Source: an uncultured virus (IMG/VR IMGVR_UViG_3300033520_000026) (taxonomy: Duplodnaviria; Heunggongvirae; Uroviricota; Caudoviricetes). Taken from it: DNA of 64,000 nt. Below, piece by piece: positions 1 through 9,032 of the stretch. Location: positions 1-64,000 of IMG/VR virus record IMGVR_UViG_3300033520_000026, one strand, 5' to 3'. Numbering within the stretch: the stretch's first letter is position 1; every line of letters starts with the position of its first letter. The notes beneath the pieces are model-generated. The model was not told where the DNA came from and searched no databases. It worked only from the letters and a program-made list of their open reading frames with translations. A program made the translations under genes and the position numbers.

Positions 1-1401
1 AGCGATGGGAAAACTTCTCTGAAGCGGGTCAGTCACGTCATCACGGACCTGTGGATCGAGAAGGGCCTGGTCATGGGCGAGGCCGAGATCTTGAACACGC
101 CGGAGGGGAAGACCTTGAAGGCGTTGATCGAGGCGCAGATCCCAATCGGCGTGTCGTCACGCGGGTTCGGCAGCACCAAGCCAGCGGCAGACGAGGCGGA
201 GGATGTGCAGGACGACTTCCTGCTGAAGACCTACGATTTCGTGGCGGACCCGGCTGTGAAGACGGCCATCCCCAATATCACCATGGAGTCCGTGGACGAT
301 CCTACGGCGGCGCAGATGTTCTTGGCGGAGTTCCCGGACGTGGCGACGCAGATCCAGGAGGCGGCGGCGCAGGATGCGTTGTCCAAGGCCAAGGACAAGG
401 TGACCTCGGGGTTGGAGGCGGCGGTGCAGGCGGCAGAGAAGCGCGTGCGCGTCGAGATGACGGAAGCGTTTGAGAAGAACCTGGCGCAGTCGCTGATCGA
501 GGTGCGTGAGGATCTTGGCAACCAACTCCGCGAGGAGTACGCGACCGATCCGGCTGTTGGTGCGGCGAAGGCTGTCTTGGCGCAGATCGCTGAGATGGTT
601 GGATCGTATCGCCAGCATCCAGACGAGGCGGCGGTACGGGATGCGTTGCGGGCCAAGGATCTGGAAGTGGCAGAGCGCACGCAAGAGCGGGACGAGGCGA
701 TTGATCTGGGCACGCGGGCAGCGGTGTTGCTGCATGTGGAGCGCAAGATAAGCGGGCACCCGATGGCCGAGGCCGTGCGGGCGCTGATGCACGGCGTACA
801 GGTCACGTCGATCATGGACGTTGACTCGAAGTTGGCGGCCATCATGGAGAACCTACCAGAGCAACCGGCTGTGGATGTGATCCCGACCGGGCCATCGGAG
901 GACGAGGTTCAGCTACGGGAAGAGAACGCGACACTGCGCGGCGAAATCAAGCTGGTGCAGGCAAAGGCGGAGTCGTTGGACGAGAAGTTGAGACGTGTTG
1001 TAGAGCTGACAAAACGGGCAGACGACCGCTTGGCGGAGTCCGATGCTCGGGCCGAGAAGGCAGAGGCGCTGTTGGAAGAGGCGCAAGAACGCGCCGTTCA
1101 GGCAGAGCTAGACGCCTACAAGGCCAGCAAGGTTGCAGGGATGGTGAACAGTTCGAGTGTGTTGGGTCTGTTGGAGGACGTCTCCTCCAGGGCCGATGTG
1201 GACAAGGTCGTGGCGAAACACGGGGCCATGGAGATCTCGGATCCGCTCTTGCGAGAGATGCGTAGATCGCTACAACGCGGTCATGGCGACGAGCAGGAGT
1301 TGACCGAGGACCGGCAGCCGCAGGGTGGTCGAGTGCGAGGTTCCGACGACTTCGGAAATTCGTTTGACATCATGCGGAAACTTGCTGGGTACAACAACTG
1401 A
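1..1401 (+). CDS. T4 gp21-like prohead protease fused to a long acidic, helical scaffold-like (gp22-like) region; 5' end lies before the window
   Basis: Frame is open from base 1 (SDGKTSLKRVSHVITDLWIE..GEAEILNTPEGK..GVSSRGFGS..YDFVADP), matching gp21-family motifs. It is followed by about 370 aa of E/A-rich coiled-coil-like sequence and lies directly upstream of the capsid gene. Confidence 0.85.
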   Translation, partial: SDGKTSLKRVSHVITDLWIEKGLVMGEAEILNTPEGKTLKALIEAQIPIGVSSRGFGSTKPAADEAEDVQDDFLLKTYDFVADPAVKTAIPNITMESVDDPTAAQMFLAEFPDVATQIQEAAAQDALSKAKDKVTSGLEAAVQAAEKRVRVEMTEAFEKNLAQSLIEVREDLGNQLREEYATDPAVGAAKAVLAQIAEMVGSYRQHPDEAAVRDALRAKDLEVAERTQERDEAIDLGTRAAVLLHVERKISGHPMAEAVRALMHGVQVTSIMDVDSKLAAIMENLPEQPAVDVIPTGPSEDEVQLREENATLRGEIKLVQAKAESLDEKLRRVVELTKRADDRLAESDARAEKAEALLEEAQERAVQAELDAYKASKVAGMVNSSSVLGLLEDVSSRADVDKVVAKHGAMEISDPLLREMRRSLQRGHGDEQELTEDRQPQGGRVRGSDDFGNSFDIMRKLAGYNN

Positions 1402-1424
1402 CAGACACACAGGAGACAATAGAC

Positions 1425-3035
1425 ATGCAAGCTCGAAACATCGTGGAAGAAGACGGCAAGCGGACCGTGTTCGACGAGTCCTACGGCAAGGTGTGCGAGG
1501 CGCGTTGGGCGAAGATTTTGCAGCCCATGAACGAGCGCGATCCCATCAACAGCCACTACGTCCGGCGCTGCACGGCGATCATCATGGAGAACGAGATGGA
1601 CCACATCAAGTCTCTCCATGAGGACACCCTCAGCACCAACGCAGGCGCGTTCACGAAGTACGTGTTCCCGGTTCTTCGCCGGGTGTTCCCGAACCTGATC
1701 GCCAACCAACTCGTCTCGGTGCAGCCGATGACCGCTCCCGTGGGCGGCATCTTCTACTACGAGAAGAAGTACGACGACCGCAAGGGCTCCAAGATCCCGC
1801 AGTACGGCATCACCAACGCTCCGTACAACATGGCCTATGACGGCCAGTTGGCGGCGGGCGACAACATCAACCAGAACTTCGCCCGCATGTACTCCTCGGA
1901 GTACGTGGACTACGACGTCATCTGCACAGAAGCCACCGCCGTGGCCTCCCTCTCGAACGTGGGAGCCAACTGCCGCCTGCCCGAGTGGAAGCCGATGAGA
2001 GCCCCTGGCGTGGACGGACAGCGCACGTTCTACACCAAGCTCTACTACCGCGTGCTAAACCACGCGGGCACACTGCCCATCGACATCGTGGCCACCCTCG
2101 ACCCGACCGGCCTGACCAGCAACCTCGTGGACCAGTACGGGGCCACCGTTGGCACGGTTACCGTGGGCACGGGAGCCTGGACCCTCAACGCCAAGGACGA
2201 GACCGGCGTCGCTTCGACCTTCACACCAAGCACCGTGATCTACGCGCAGTATTTCGTGAACTTCGAGCAAGCTGGCTACACCAGTGGCTCTGAGATCCCG
2301 AGCATCAGCCTGGACATCGCTCTTCACACCGTGAAGGCCGAGAGCCGCAAGCTGAAGGCTCGCTGGAGCGTCGAGGCAGTGGACGACATGCGCGCTCTGC
2401 ATGGGATGGACGCCGAGACCGAACTGGTCGGCACCTTCGCCAACGAGGTCATGCTGGAGACGGACCGCGAGATCGTGGACGCCCTCGTGACCGGAGCCAA
2501 GTTCGCCGCGACATACGCCTATTCGTACTCGGCCGGTTCCACGGGCGAGATCGAGACCATCCGCAACCTACTGACCAAGATCAGCGCGGTGGCGGCCAGC
2601 ATCCACACCGCGTCCGGTCGCGCGCCGGCCAACTTCATCGTGGTGTCTCCGAGCATCGGCGCATTGCTCGACCAGCTCTCGACCCATGGTGACTTCGCCA
2701 GCATCGAGCAGAACGTGCAGAGCCCGACCTATGGGCCTATCACGTCCGACTTCGGCATCGCCCGTATCGGAACCCTGCTCAAGCGCTTCGCGGTCTACCA
2801 AGACCCCTACATGACCGCCAACAAGGTGCTCATCGGCCTCAAGGGCAACAACTTCCTGGATGCCGGGTTCGTGTATGCACCGTACATCCCGCTCCAGGTC
2901 ACCCCGACCTTCATGGATCCCAACGACTTCACGTTCCGAAAAGGAGTCAGAACCCGATTCGCCTCCAAAATGCTACGCCCGGAATACTACGGCGTCATCA
3001 CCTGCTCCGGCCTTCCCGCTGTGACCGTGGTCTGA
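1425..3035 (+). CDS. Major capsid protein, T4 gp23 family
   Basis: Motifs LIANQLVSVQPMTAPVGGIF, ESRKLKARWSVEAVDDMRALHGMDAETEL and DAGFVYAPYIPL..DPNDF..GVRTRF. RBS AGGAG, and strongly C/G-ending codons. Confidence 0.95.
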   Translation: MQARNIVEEDGKRTVFDESYGKVCEARWAKILQPMNERDPINSHYVRRCTAIIMENEMDHIKSLHEDTLSTNAGAFTKYVFPVLRRVFPNLIANQLVSVQPMTAPVGGIFYYEKKYDDRKGSKIPQYGITNAPYNMAYDGQLAAGDNINQNFARMYSSEYVDYDVICTEATAVASLSNVGANCRLPEWKPMRAPGVDGQRTFYTKLYYRVLNHAGTLPIDIVATLDPTGLTSNLVDQYGATVGTVTVGTGAWTLNAKDETGVASTFTPSTVIYAQYFVNFEQAGYTSGSEIPSISLDIALHTVKAESRKLKARWSVEAVDDMRALHGMDAETELVGTFANEVMLETDREIVDALVTGAKFAATYAYSYSAGSTGEIETIRNLLTKISAVAASIHTASGRAPANFIVVSPSIGALLDQLSTHGDFASIEQNVQSPTYGPITSDFGIARIGTLLKRFAVYQDPYMTANKVLIGLKGNNFLDAGFVYAPYIPLQVTPTFMDPNDFTFRKGVRTRFASKMLRPEYYGVITCSGLPAVTVV

Positions 3036-3120
3036 TAGCGATTCTACAAACATTTCATTGAGTTGTGGCAATTCAAAGAGTTGAGCGCCATCAATTTGTG
3101 CTGCCATTTGATGCGTTGGC

Positions 3121-3149
3121 TTGATTTGTCAACATTGCCATGTTACCTT
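3121..3149 (+). promoter_or_regulatory. Putative sigma70-type promoter for the endonuclease gene (probably a leaderless mRNA)
   Basis: TTGATT-17 bp-TACCTT with a TGn extension. The ATG at 3156 is 6 nt after the -10 box and has no RBS. Confidence 0.45.
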
Positions 3150-3155
3150 TGCTGA

Positions 3156-4793
3156 ATGACAACTCAAGAGAAGAGATTGATTGTTGAAGTTGTTGATTTT
3201 GTTGATGCGTCTCAGTTGGCGCGGTTGGCGCGCGGGTTAGAATTTGGGACGGATCGAGTGACATTTTGGGGGGATGAGTGGGCGCAGCGTCGTCCGGCGT
3301 GTGAGGCGTTCGTGGCGGCGCGTGAAGGGCGGTTTGATCGGCGGTTGGGAGCGAGGAGATGTGTGGTGCTGGAAGTGCCGCGTGCGGATGCGGCGGCGTT
3401 TTTGGATGCGTACCATTTGCAGGGGTCGAGTCGCCTCAGTTTGGTTGTCTTTGGGTTGTATGATGATGGGGATCTATTGGGCGTTCTAAGTTTAGGTCGG
3501 CACAATCGTCAGTTGCAAGTGAACATGGTGCTGTTAGATCGGCTTTGTTTCAAACCAGGTGTGCAAGTTATTGGGGGAGCTTCTCGTCTCATGTCTCAGG
3601 CAATAACATGGGCACAGAGTCTAAAATACGAACAGATTGTGACGTTTAGCGATCTTCGATTGACGGACGGAGATGTGTATGAGCGGCTTGGATTTTCATT
3701 GGATCGTCGGTACAAGCCAGATTACTTTTATGTGCAGAATGGGAATCGAATTTCGAAGCAGAGCCAGCAGAAGCGTTGCACGGGATGTCCTGATGATGTG
3801 ACCGAGTTGGAATGGGCGGAAGCGCATGGACTTGTGCGGTGTTATGACGCTGGGAAGGTGCGCTGGGCCATGGACTTAGTTCCTGGCATTCAAGCGGCAT
3901 ATCAGCAGGCCAACTCGGAGAGGGCGGCGAAGATGCACGCAGACGGCGTGTTCAATAATTCGCATATGCGGGGGTACTTTCGGTCTCAGCGCTGGGGAGA
4001 GGTGTATTTTGGGTCATCTTATGAGTTGCGGTGCATGTTCGAGTTAGAGCAGGACCGATCAGTCAGATCGGTTCGTCGATGTGAGGCGTTCCAGACGTCA
4101 TGTGGTAATTGGCGCAATCCAGACTTGTGGGTTGAATTTTCGGACGGGCATGCGGAGATCTGGGAGGTGAAGCCGTCGATATTGGTGGATCAAGATGTGG
4201 TGCGCGAGCAGATTGCAGATACTATGATCTACGCGATGTCGAAGGGTGTGTCAGTTCGTGTCTGGACGGAACAGTCGAGTTCGTTGGATGGGGAACGATC
4301 CATCATGAAGTGGGCGCGGTCCTACCTTGCTGAGCAGCAGGGAGACACTTCTCATGTGGATCGTGAAAAACGTACTCGTAAGGCGATCCGGGAGCGGCAT
4401 TACAAAAAGGAGCAGGCGGCTTCGGTGGTGGTGCATTGCGATTACTGCCAGGCCGATCACATGGTGCTGCCGCGCACTTACGCCCGGAACGTGGCGCGAA
4501 ACAAAGGGGTGTACGTTTGCGAGCGCTATGGCGGGCACTTGGCGGGTAAAAAACCAAAGGACCACTTGAAGGTGACGAACCCTTACGCGGTGGAAGGAAA
4601 GAAGAAGTGCAGTCGATGTGGGGAGGTACGGGAGATGACGGAATTTGATCGGAGGATGCGGTCGTGGGATGGGTTGAATGCGACGTGCAAGCGGTGCGCG
4701 TCGGCGTACAACGCTGCCAAGTACCAACAGCGCAAGCACGCGAACCTGGGTTCGCCTGTAGAGGAGATCGCATGCGATTTGCATGGAGCATGA
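3156..4793 (+). CDS. Putative homing endonuclease: Hef-like region + TnsA-N/PD-(D/E)xK nuclease domain + C-terminal Cys zinc-finger
   Basis: ARRC..FLDAYHLQG..VIGGASRL..FSDLR..YERLGF..YDAGK (Hef-like phage family), then SSYELRCMFELE..PDLWV..IWEVKP (PD-(D/E)xK), then KKCSRCGE..CKRC. Composition is T-richer than the capsid gene. Confidence 0.65.
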   Translation: MTTQEKRLIVEVVDFVDASQLARLARGLEFGTDRVTFWGDEWAQRRPACEAFVAAREGRFDRRLGARRCVVLEVPRADAAAFLDAYHLQGSSRLSLVVFGLYDDGDLLGVLSLGRHNRQLQVNMVLLDRLCFKPGVQVIGGASRLMSQAITWAQSLKYEQIVTFSDLRLTDGDVYERLGFSLDRRYKPDYFYVQNGNRISKQSQQKRCTGCPDDVTELEWAEAHGLVRCYDAGKVRWAMDLVPGIQAAYQQANSERAAKMHADGVFNNSHMRGYFRSQRWGEVYFGSSYELRCMFELEQDRSVRSVRRCEAFQTSCGNWRNPDLWVEFSDGHAEIWEVKPSILVDQDVVREQIADTMIYAMSKGVSVRVWTEQSSSLDGERSIMKWARSYLAEQQGDTSHVDREKRTRKAIRERHYKKEQAASVVVHCDYCQADHMVLPRTYARNVARNKGVYVCERYGGHLAGKKPKDHLKVTNPYAVEGKKKCSRCGEVREMTEFDRRMRSWDGLNATCKRCASAYNAAKYQQRKHANLGSPVEEIACDLHGA

Positions 4794-5044
4794 CTGAGGA
4801 CGGGGCGCATACCGCTCCTTTGGGGGAATGGGCGGATGCTGGTCGAATTGAATTTCGTGTGTCCCATGATCCGAACGGCATGAAGTGGCGGATGGATGGG
4901 CATATTCACGGGCTGTCGTCGCGGCCGATCAAGATACTGCATGCGGTTCCTGACGATGGAATGATCTCGTTGGATTCGGTGTTGGAGGTATTCAAGTCGA
5001 TGTGCGAGCGAGACGTTTTGATCCACGCGGCTTCTCCCTACTGA
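4772..5044 (+). CDS. Hypothetical protein (90 aa, MRFAWSMTED...)
   Basis: RBS GAGGAG before the ATG at 4772; overlaps the end of the endonuclease ORF. Confidence 0.55.
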   Translation: MRFAWSMTEDGAHTAPLGEWADAGRIEFRVSHDPNGMKWRMDGHIHGLSSRPIKILHAVPDDGMISLDSVLEVFKSMCERDVLIHAASPY

Positions 5045-5051
5045 CCGCCTC

Positions 5052-5131
5052 GAAAACGGAATAGTTATTGGATATTCGTCTGGCTATATTCAAAATCTCG
5101 GGGTCGAAAAAAACCGAGCGGATAGATATGC
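5052..5131. repeat. 80-bp non-coding repeat, copy 1 (copy 2 at 28338-28417)
   Basis: Ungapped manual alignment gives 67/80 identical, with the first 26 bp identical. Confidence 0.9.
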
Positions 5132-5252
5132 AGAAATCCTTGGGTAGAATTCGATGTCTTTGACCGCGAGGCGTGGATGCGGTAGACTGCTTGTGACGGC
5201 CTGCTTTGGTGACCTACCGTGCGGTGAATATCCTCGGACATACCCCGCATTG

Positions 5253-5278
5253 CTCCCGCCTTCGGGCGGGAGGTCTTT
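5253..5278 (+). terminator. GC-rich hairpin with cUUCGg tetraloop, probable intrinsic terminator
   Basis: CTCCCGCC-TTCG-GGCGGGAG followed by GTCTTT. Confidence 0.6.
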
Positions 5279-5287
5279 GTAACACCT

Positions 5288-5316
5288 TTGACCTTCGAAG
5301 TTGAACAAGCTACTAT
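5288..5316 (+). promoter_or_regulatory. Sigma70-type promoter upstream of the neck/tail operon
   Basis: TTGACC-17 bp-TACTAT, followed by RBS AGGAGGT and ATG 5346. Confidence 0.6.
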
Positions 5317-5345
5317 GTTGTAGATAGCAACCAGGAGGTGTTCTC

Positions 5346-5723
5346 ATGGCGAAGTATATGTTGCGACGGGGCATGACGCGTCTTCCAATAGATGGCATCC
5401 GGGAAATTCAGCGCGAGGACTTGCCACCGTTGAAGCAGGGAGAGACCGTGATATTCGAGCCTGGCATGGTAGTGGAGACGGATCTCGACTTCGGTCCATG
5501 GGTAGAGGACGGCACGTTGGAGTGTGTGCGTGAGAACGGGGATCCTCCGCGCCCGACCCGTCCGGCACCAGCCGTGGTCGTCAAGCAGGAGACCGTGACT
5601 CCGATGCCTGCATTTGTGCAGGTGGAGGTGGTGAAAGAGGAAGCAGCGGGAGAGACATCGGCGGAAGATTCTTCGAGTGATTCCACCAACGGGGAGACGC
5701 CTCGCAGGCGTCGTCGTCAATGA
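5346..5723 (+). CDS. Hypothetical protein
   Basis: Strong RBS; acidic low-complexity C-terminal region ending in RRRRRQ. Confidence 0.7.
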   Translation: MAKYMLRRGMTRLPIDGIREIQREDLPPLKQGETVIFEPGMVVETDLDFGPWVEDGTLECVRENGDPPRPTRPAPAVVVKQETVTPMPAFVQVEVVKEEAAGETSAEDSSSDSTNGETPRRRRRQ

Positions 5724-6385
5724 CAATGCATCACAAGAGACGTGTGGATGGGGCGGTTCAGGCGGGCAGTCTTGGGATTGGCGAGACGGTCGAAGTGCGC
5801 ACGCGCATGGGCCAGATTGTGGCGCGTGGAGACGTGTGTGCTATGACGCCTTTTGGCGTGACGATCCGCGAGGACGGCACGAGCCACAAGTTCTACATGG
5901 CCGAGTATTTCCTATTCTTCCCGGAAGAGCCTGTGCTGCCTGAAGTCGCTGCGAATATGATCGTGGACGCGCATCCTGACGCACGAGTTCGCGCTCGTCT
6001 GGGACGTATGTTCGAGCAGGGCGCGGAGAAGCCTACCAAGGGCGCTCAACAGGTTGATGACGAAGAGGACGACGAAGAGGAAGATGATGAGCAGGCTGAG
6101 CCCGCGACACCTGCGGAGAAATCCGTAGCCAACGACACATCGTCTGTGGACGTGGAAAAGCTTCCTCCAGACATCAAGAAAGCCGTTCAAGTCGTACAGA
6201 AGTTGGACGTCGATCAATTGAACTATATCCTGGCTCAGACGGGGCAGTCGTTGATGAGTGCGTTGCGGAGGAATGGTGTGAGCGAATCGGATCTGCACGG
6301 GTTAGTGCAGAAGGCGCAAAACGCTGTGTACCGCATCCTGACGGGCAAGTCCGCGCGGGAGTGGAAGAAGGCGGCGGGAGAGTAG
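5720..6385 (+). CDS. Hypothetical protein with an acidic linker
   Basis: ATGA overlap with the upstream gene; poly-D/E tract. Confidence 0.7.
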   Translation: MTMHHKRRVDGAVQAGSLGIGETVEVRTRMGQIVARGDVCAMTPFGVTIREDGTSHKFYMAEYFLFFPEEPVLPEVAANMIVDAHPDARVRARLGRMFEQGAEKPTKGAQQVDDEEDDEEEDDEQAEPATPAEKSVANDTSSVDVEKLPPDIKKAVQVVQKLDVDQLNYILAQTGQSLMSALRRNGVSESDLHGLVQKAQNAVYRILTGKSAREWKKAAGE

Positions 6386-6389
6386 CACC

Positions 6390-7118
6390 ATGCAAAACGT
6401 CCAGACTGATGCGGAGCTGCGAGTGTGGATCAAGCGTCGTTTGGGCGATGGCATAGTTTGCGTGGAACTCACTGACGAGCAGTTGGACGTCAACATTCAG
6501 ATGTCCAAAGATTTCTGGCGCGCGTGGGTAGGCCAGGCGAAGATGATCTACCTTCAGGCGACGGGGGTAAGCGAGTATGCCGAGTCGCTCATTGGACCAG
6601 ATGTCGATAGCGTGGCAGAGGTCGTTTTCCCTGTGCATGACGACTTGACGCGGATGTTTTCCTGGGCCGACGTCGAGGTGAATCCGTACACATGGGTTTA
6701 CTCTGGATACGGTGGTTATGCGGCGCTTGTGCAGTTGATGCAGTACCGTGAGATGGGGAACCGCGTGATAAGCGCGGACCTGGACTGGGAATGGGATCGA
6801 GCGCGTCGTGTTCTCATGCTGACCCCTCCACTGAACACGAACTTGAACGGTCAACGGGTTGGCGTCGTTTACATTTCGACCGAAGTCGATATGACGAAGA
6901 TGAGCAACTCGGAGTATTGGCTATTTCGTGAGTACGCGCTTGTGCAGTCGATGAAGACGTTGGGCATGATTCGCATGAAGTATTCGGACAAGCCGAGCGC
7001 CACCGGATCGTTTTCCATGGACGGCGACTCGTTGTACGCGAACGCCGATGTGCGCGAGAAGGAACTGGAAGAGAAAATCCGTCAGTTGCAGTCGCCCGTC
7101 GGGTTTTGGACTGCGTAG
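6390..7118 (+). CDS. Neck protein, T4 gp13-like
   Basis: N-terminal WIKRRLGDGIVCVELTDEQLD and C-terminal LGMIRMKYS..MDGDSLY resemble gp13; position after the capsid gene. Confidence 0.8.
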   Translation: MQNVQTDAELRVWIKRRLGDGIVCVELTDEQLDVNIQMSKDFWRAWVGQAKMIYLQATGVSEYAESLIGPDVDSVAEVVFPVHDDLTRMFSWADVEVNPYTWVYSGYGGYAALVQLMQYREMGNRVISADLDWEWDRARRVLMLTPPLNTNLNGQRVGVVYISTEVDMTKMSNSEYWLFREYALVQSMKTLGMIRMKYSDKPSATGSFSMDGDSLYANADVREKELEEKIRQLQSPVGFWTA

Positions 7119-7129
7119 AGGAGGTCCGC

Positions 7130-8071
7130 ATGATCAAGTACGTGGGACAATTGAACGATTCGTTGGCGGCCATGGCCGGTTGCATGTCGAGAGAAGAGCG
7201 GAAGATGCTTGGCATCGATCCCAGCACGAAACAGGACGATGTCCTGCGGCATGGAGCGGCCAAGTATATCGCGGAAGACGCCATTGCGGCATCGCAGCAG
7301 CTCGAACCGTTGTCTGCTTCCAGATCCGTGCCTCGCAAGGATCTGAGGCCGTGGCAGGGCAAGGAGAGCGACGGCGAGATCATGTTCAACTTCGAGTCCG
7401 CGATGGACGCTCAAGACCTGTACGATTTCGTCCTTGGGACCGGGCTACTCACGCCGGGCGAGGTGAAGCTCTACATGAGCGAGCACCAGACCAGCGTGCA
7501 TTTCGCGCCGAGTGTATTGGTGCAGAAGCCCGAGATCATCCAGATGGCGTTGATTTCCTATCACGAGAAGGCCACGGAAGAGAGCATCGAGGCCATGGCA
7601 GATCTCGTGGAAGACGTGAACGCGATCATGGAGAAGAAGGCGAAGAGCGGTCGCGGAAGTGCGGAGCCCAAGACGAATCGAGTAGGTTTCAATCCGTTCC
7701 ATGACAAGGGTGGAAACTTCACGTCGCGTGAGGGCACCAAGAGTGGCGGGTCGTGGTCGGATGGAGCGCATGCCGGAAGTAAGAAATTGGCCGCGTCGAA
7801 GAAGGGCAAGAAGCTGCACTTCGTGGCTACCAAGTTGCCGTGCGGTCGGTCGGCTCGTGACGTGAGCAAAGACATCCGTTGTTGGGACGGTCGCACCGTG
7901 GGTGGCAAGCTTGCGTCGGTATCGAAAAAGTCATCGCGTGACAGCAGTGATCGTTTGATGCCTGGCGTCAAGGAAGGGTTTACCCGCGCGGATCTGGACA
8001 TCGTCAACGAGTGCCGGGCGATGTACGGCATCAAGACGCGTCTTTCCGAGGGATGGATGCGCGGAAGGTAG
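7130..8071 (+). CDS. Hypothetical virion-associated protein with a basic C-terminal half
   Basis: RBS GAGGAGG before ATG 7130; contains NPFHDKGGNFTS and a K-rich segment. Confidence 0.65.
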   Translation: MIKYVGQLNDSLAAMAGCMSREERKMLGIDPSTKQDDVLRHGAAKYIAEDAIAASQQLEPLSASRSVPRKDLRPWQGKESDGEIMFNFESAMDAQDLYDFVLGTGLLTPGEVKLYMSEHQTSVHFAPSVLVQKPEIIQMALISYHEKATEESIEAMADLVEDVNAIMEKKAKSGRGSAEPKTNRVGFNPFHDKGGNFTSREGTKSGGSWSDGAHAGSKKLAASKKGKKLHFVATKLPCGRSARDVSKDIRCWDGRTVGGKLASVSKKSSRDSSDRLMPGVKEGFTRADLDIVNECRAMYGIKTRLSEGWMRGR

Positions 8072-8074
8072 GAG

Positions 8075-8638
8075 ATGACCGCTCTTTACGGTCCCGAGTG
8101 TTGTCCAACCGAGTTGGCCTACCTCCGATCCCTGGAGGCAGAGCGCATCGCGTTATCGGGGCCGACCTGCGAGTATTACTCCTTGAACCGTGGGCGAAAT
8201 GTGGACCCATTGTATGGCGAGCCGAACAACGATCCGCTGTACGGTGGGCATGATCCGCGAGGGTCCGATCAGCACCATCCGACGTCGTGGAACTTCTCGC
8301 CACAAGTGACGAAGGGGGAAGCTCCGATGATGTTCCCGTGCGCGGTGGAGTACCAGGAGGCGGAAGGTCGCCAGCCTTCCGTGCGCGAGGAGGGCAAGGT
8401 CGTCGAGTACGACGCGACTTGCTGCATCGCTCTGGACCACTGGGAAGGGGCCTTGAAGGGGCGGACATTCGCGGGTCGCATACCCAAGGAGGGGGACGTG
8501 ATCTACGTGTTCAACCTGTGGTGGGACGTTGTGAACGCGGGGTCGGCGGGGAACATCCTGGGGTCGGCGCAATTCGTGGGGTTCAAGTTGATGCTCAAGC
8601 GCCGGTCGAAGTTCGTACCGGAGCGCAAGGTGGGTTGA
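8075..8638 (+). CDS. Neck protein, T4 gp14-like
   Basis: VDPLYGE and PKEGDVIY motifs typical of gp14. Confidence 0.75.
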   Translation: MTALYGPECCPTELAYLRSLEAERIALSGPTCEYYSLNRGRNVDPLYGEPNNDPLYGGHDPRGSDQHHPTSWNFSPQVTKGEAPMMFPCAVEYQEAEGRQPSVREEGKVVEYDATCCIALDHWEGALKGRTFAGRIPKEGDVIYVFNLWWDVVNAGSAGNILGSAQFVGFKLMLKRRSKFVPERKVG

Positions 8639-8654
8639 TTGCTGCATCATAGGG

Positions 8655-9032
8655 GTGGCCATGTTGAACGAGAAGATCATCAAGCTGGAAATTGAGAACG
8701 GATTGAGCGCTGTGTGCGCGTGGTGCGAGAATCACTGGGCTACGTTGCGCGAGGGCGCGACGCCTGGCTGTCAGCAGAAGGATTGCGGTGGGCCTATAAA
8801 GGGTCGGGCGTTCCCTTTCTATAAGGGGCCTAGACCCAATCTGGCATCGTACTGTTTTATCTGTGGCCAGGACGCGGATTTGTCCGTTGAGTTCAGTGGA
8901 CGAGGGCATGTTGGATGCTGTGCAATTCACGAGGTGCAGTTGCGAAAGATGTTGAGCCGGTCTGGTCATCCGGTGGTGGTTCGAGAGCGGATTGTGCCGG
9001 TGGTTGCCGCGCCTGTGGATTATGAAGAATGA
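8655..9032 (+). CDS. Hypothetical Cys-rich (putative Zn-binding) protein
   Basis: CAWC, C-x4-C, CFIC and CCAIH motifs; co-oriented within the operon. Confidence 0.6.
   Translation: MAMLNEKIIKLEIENGLSAVCAWCENHWATLREGATPGCQQKDCGGPIKGRAFPFYKGPRPNLASYCFICGQDADLSVEFSGRGHVGCCAIHEVQLRKMLSRSGHPVVVRERIVPVVAAPVDYEE

Noticed and set aside
3156..4793. Tn7-like transposon suggested by the TnsA-like domain
   Set aside because: No TnsB/TnsC or transposon ends are present; this fold is common in free-standing phage endonucleases.
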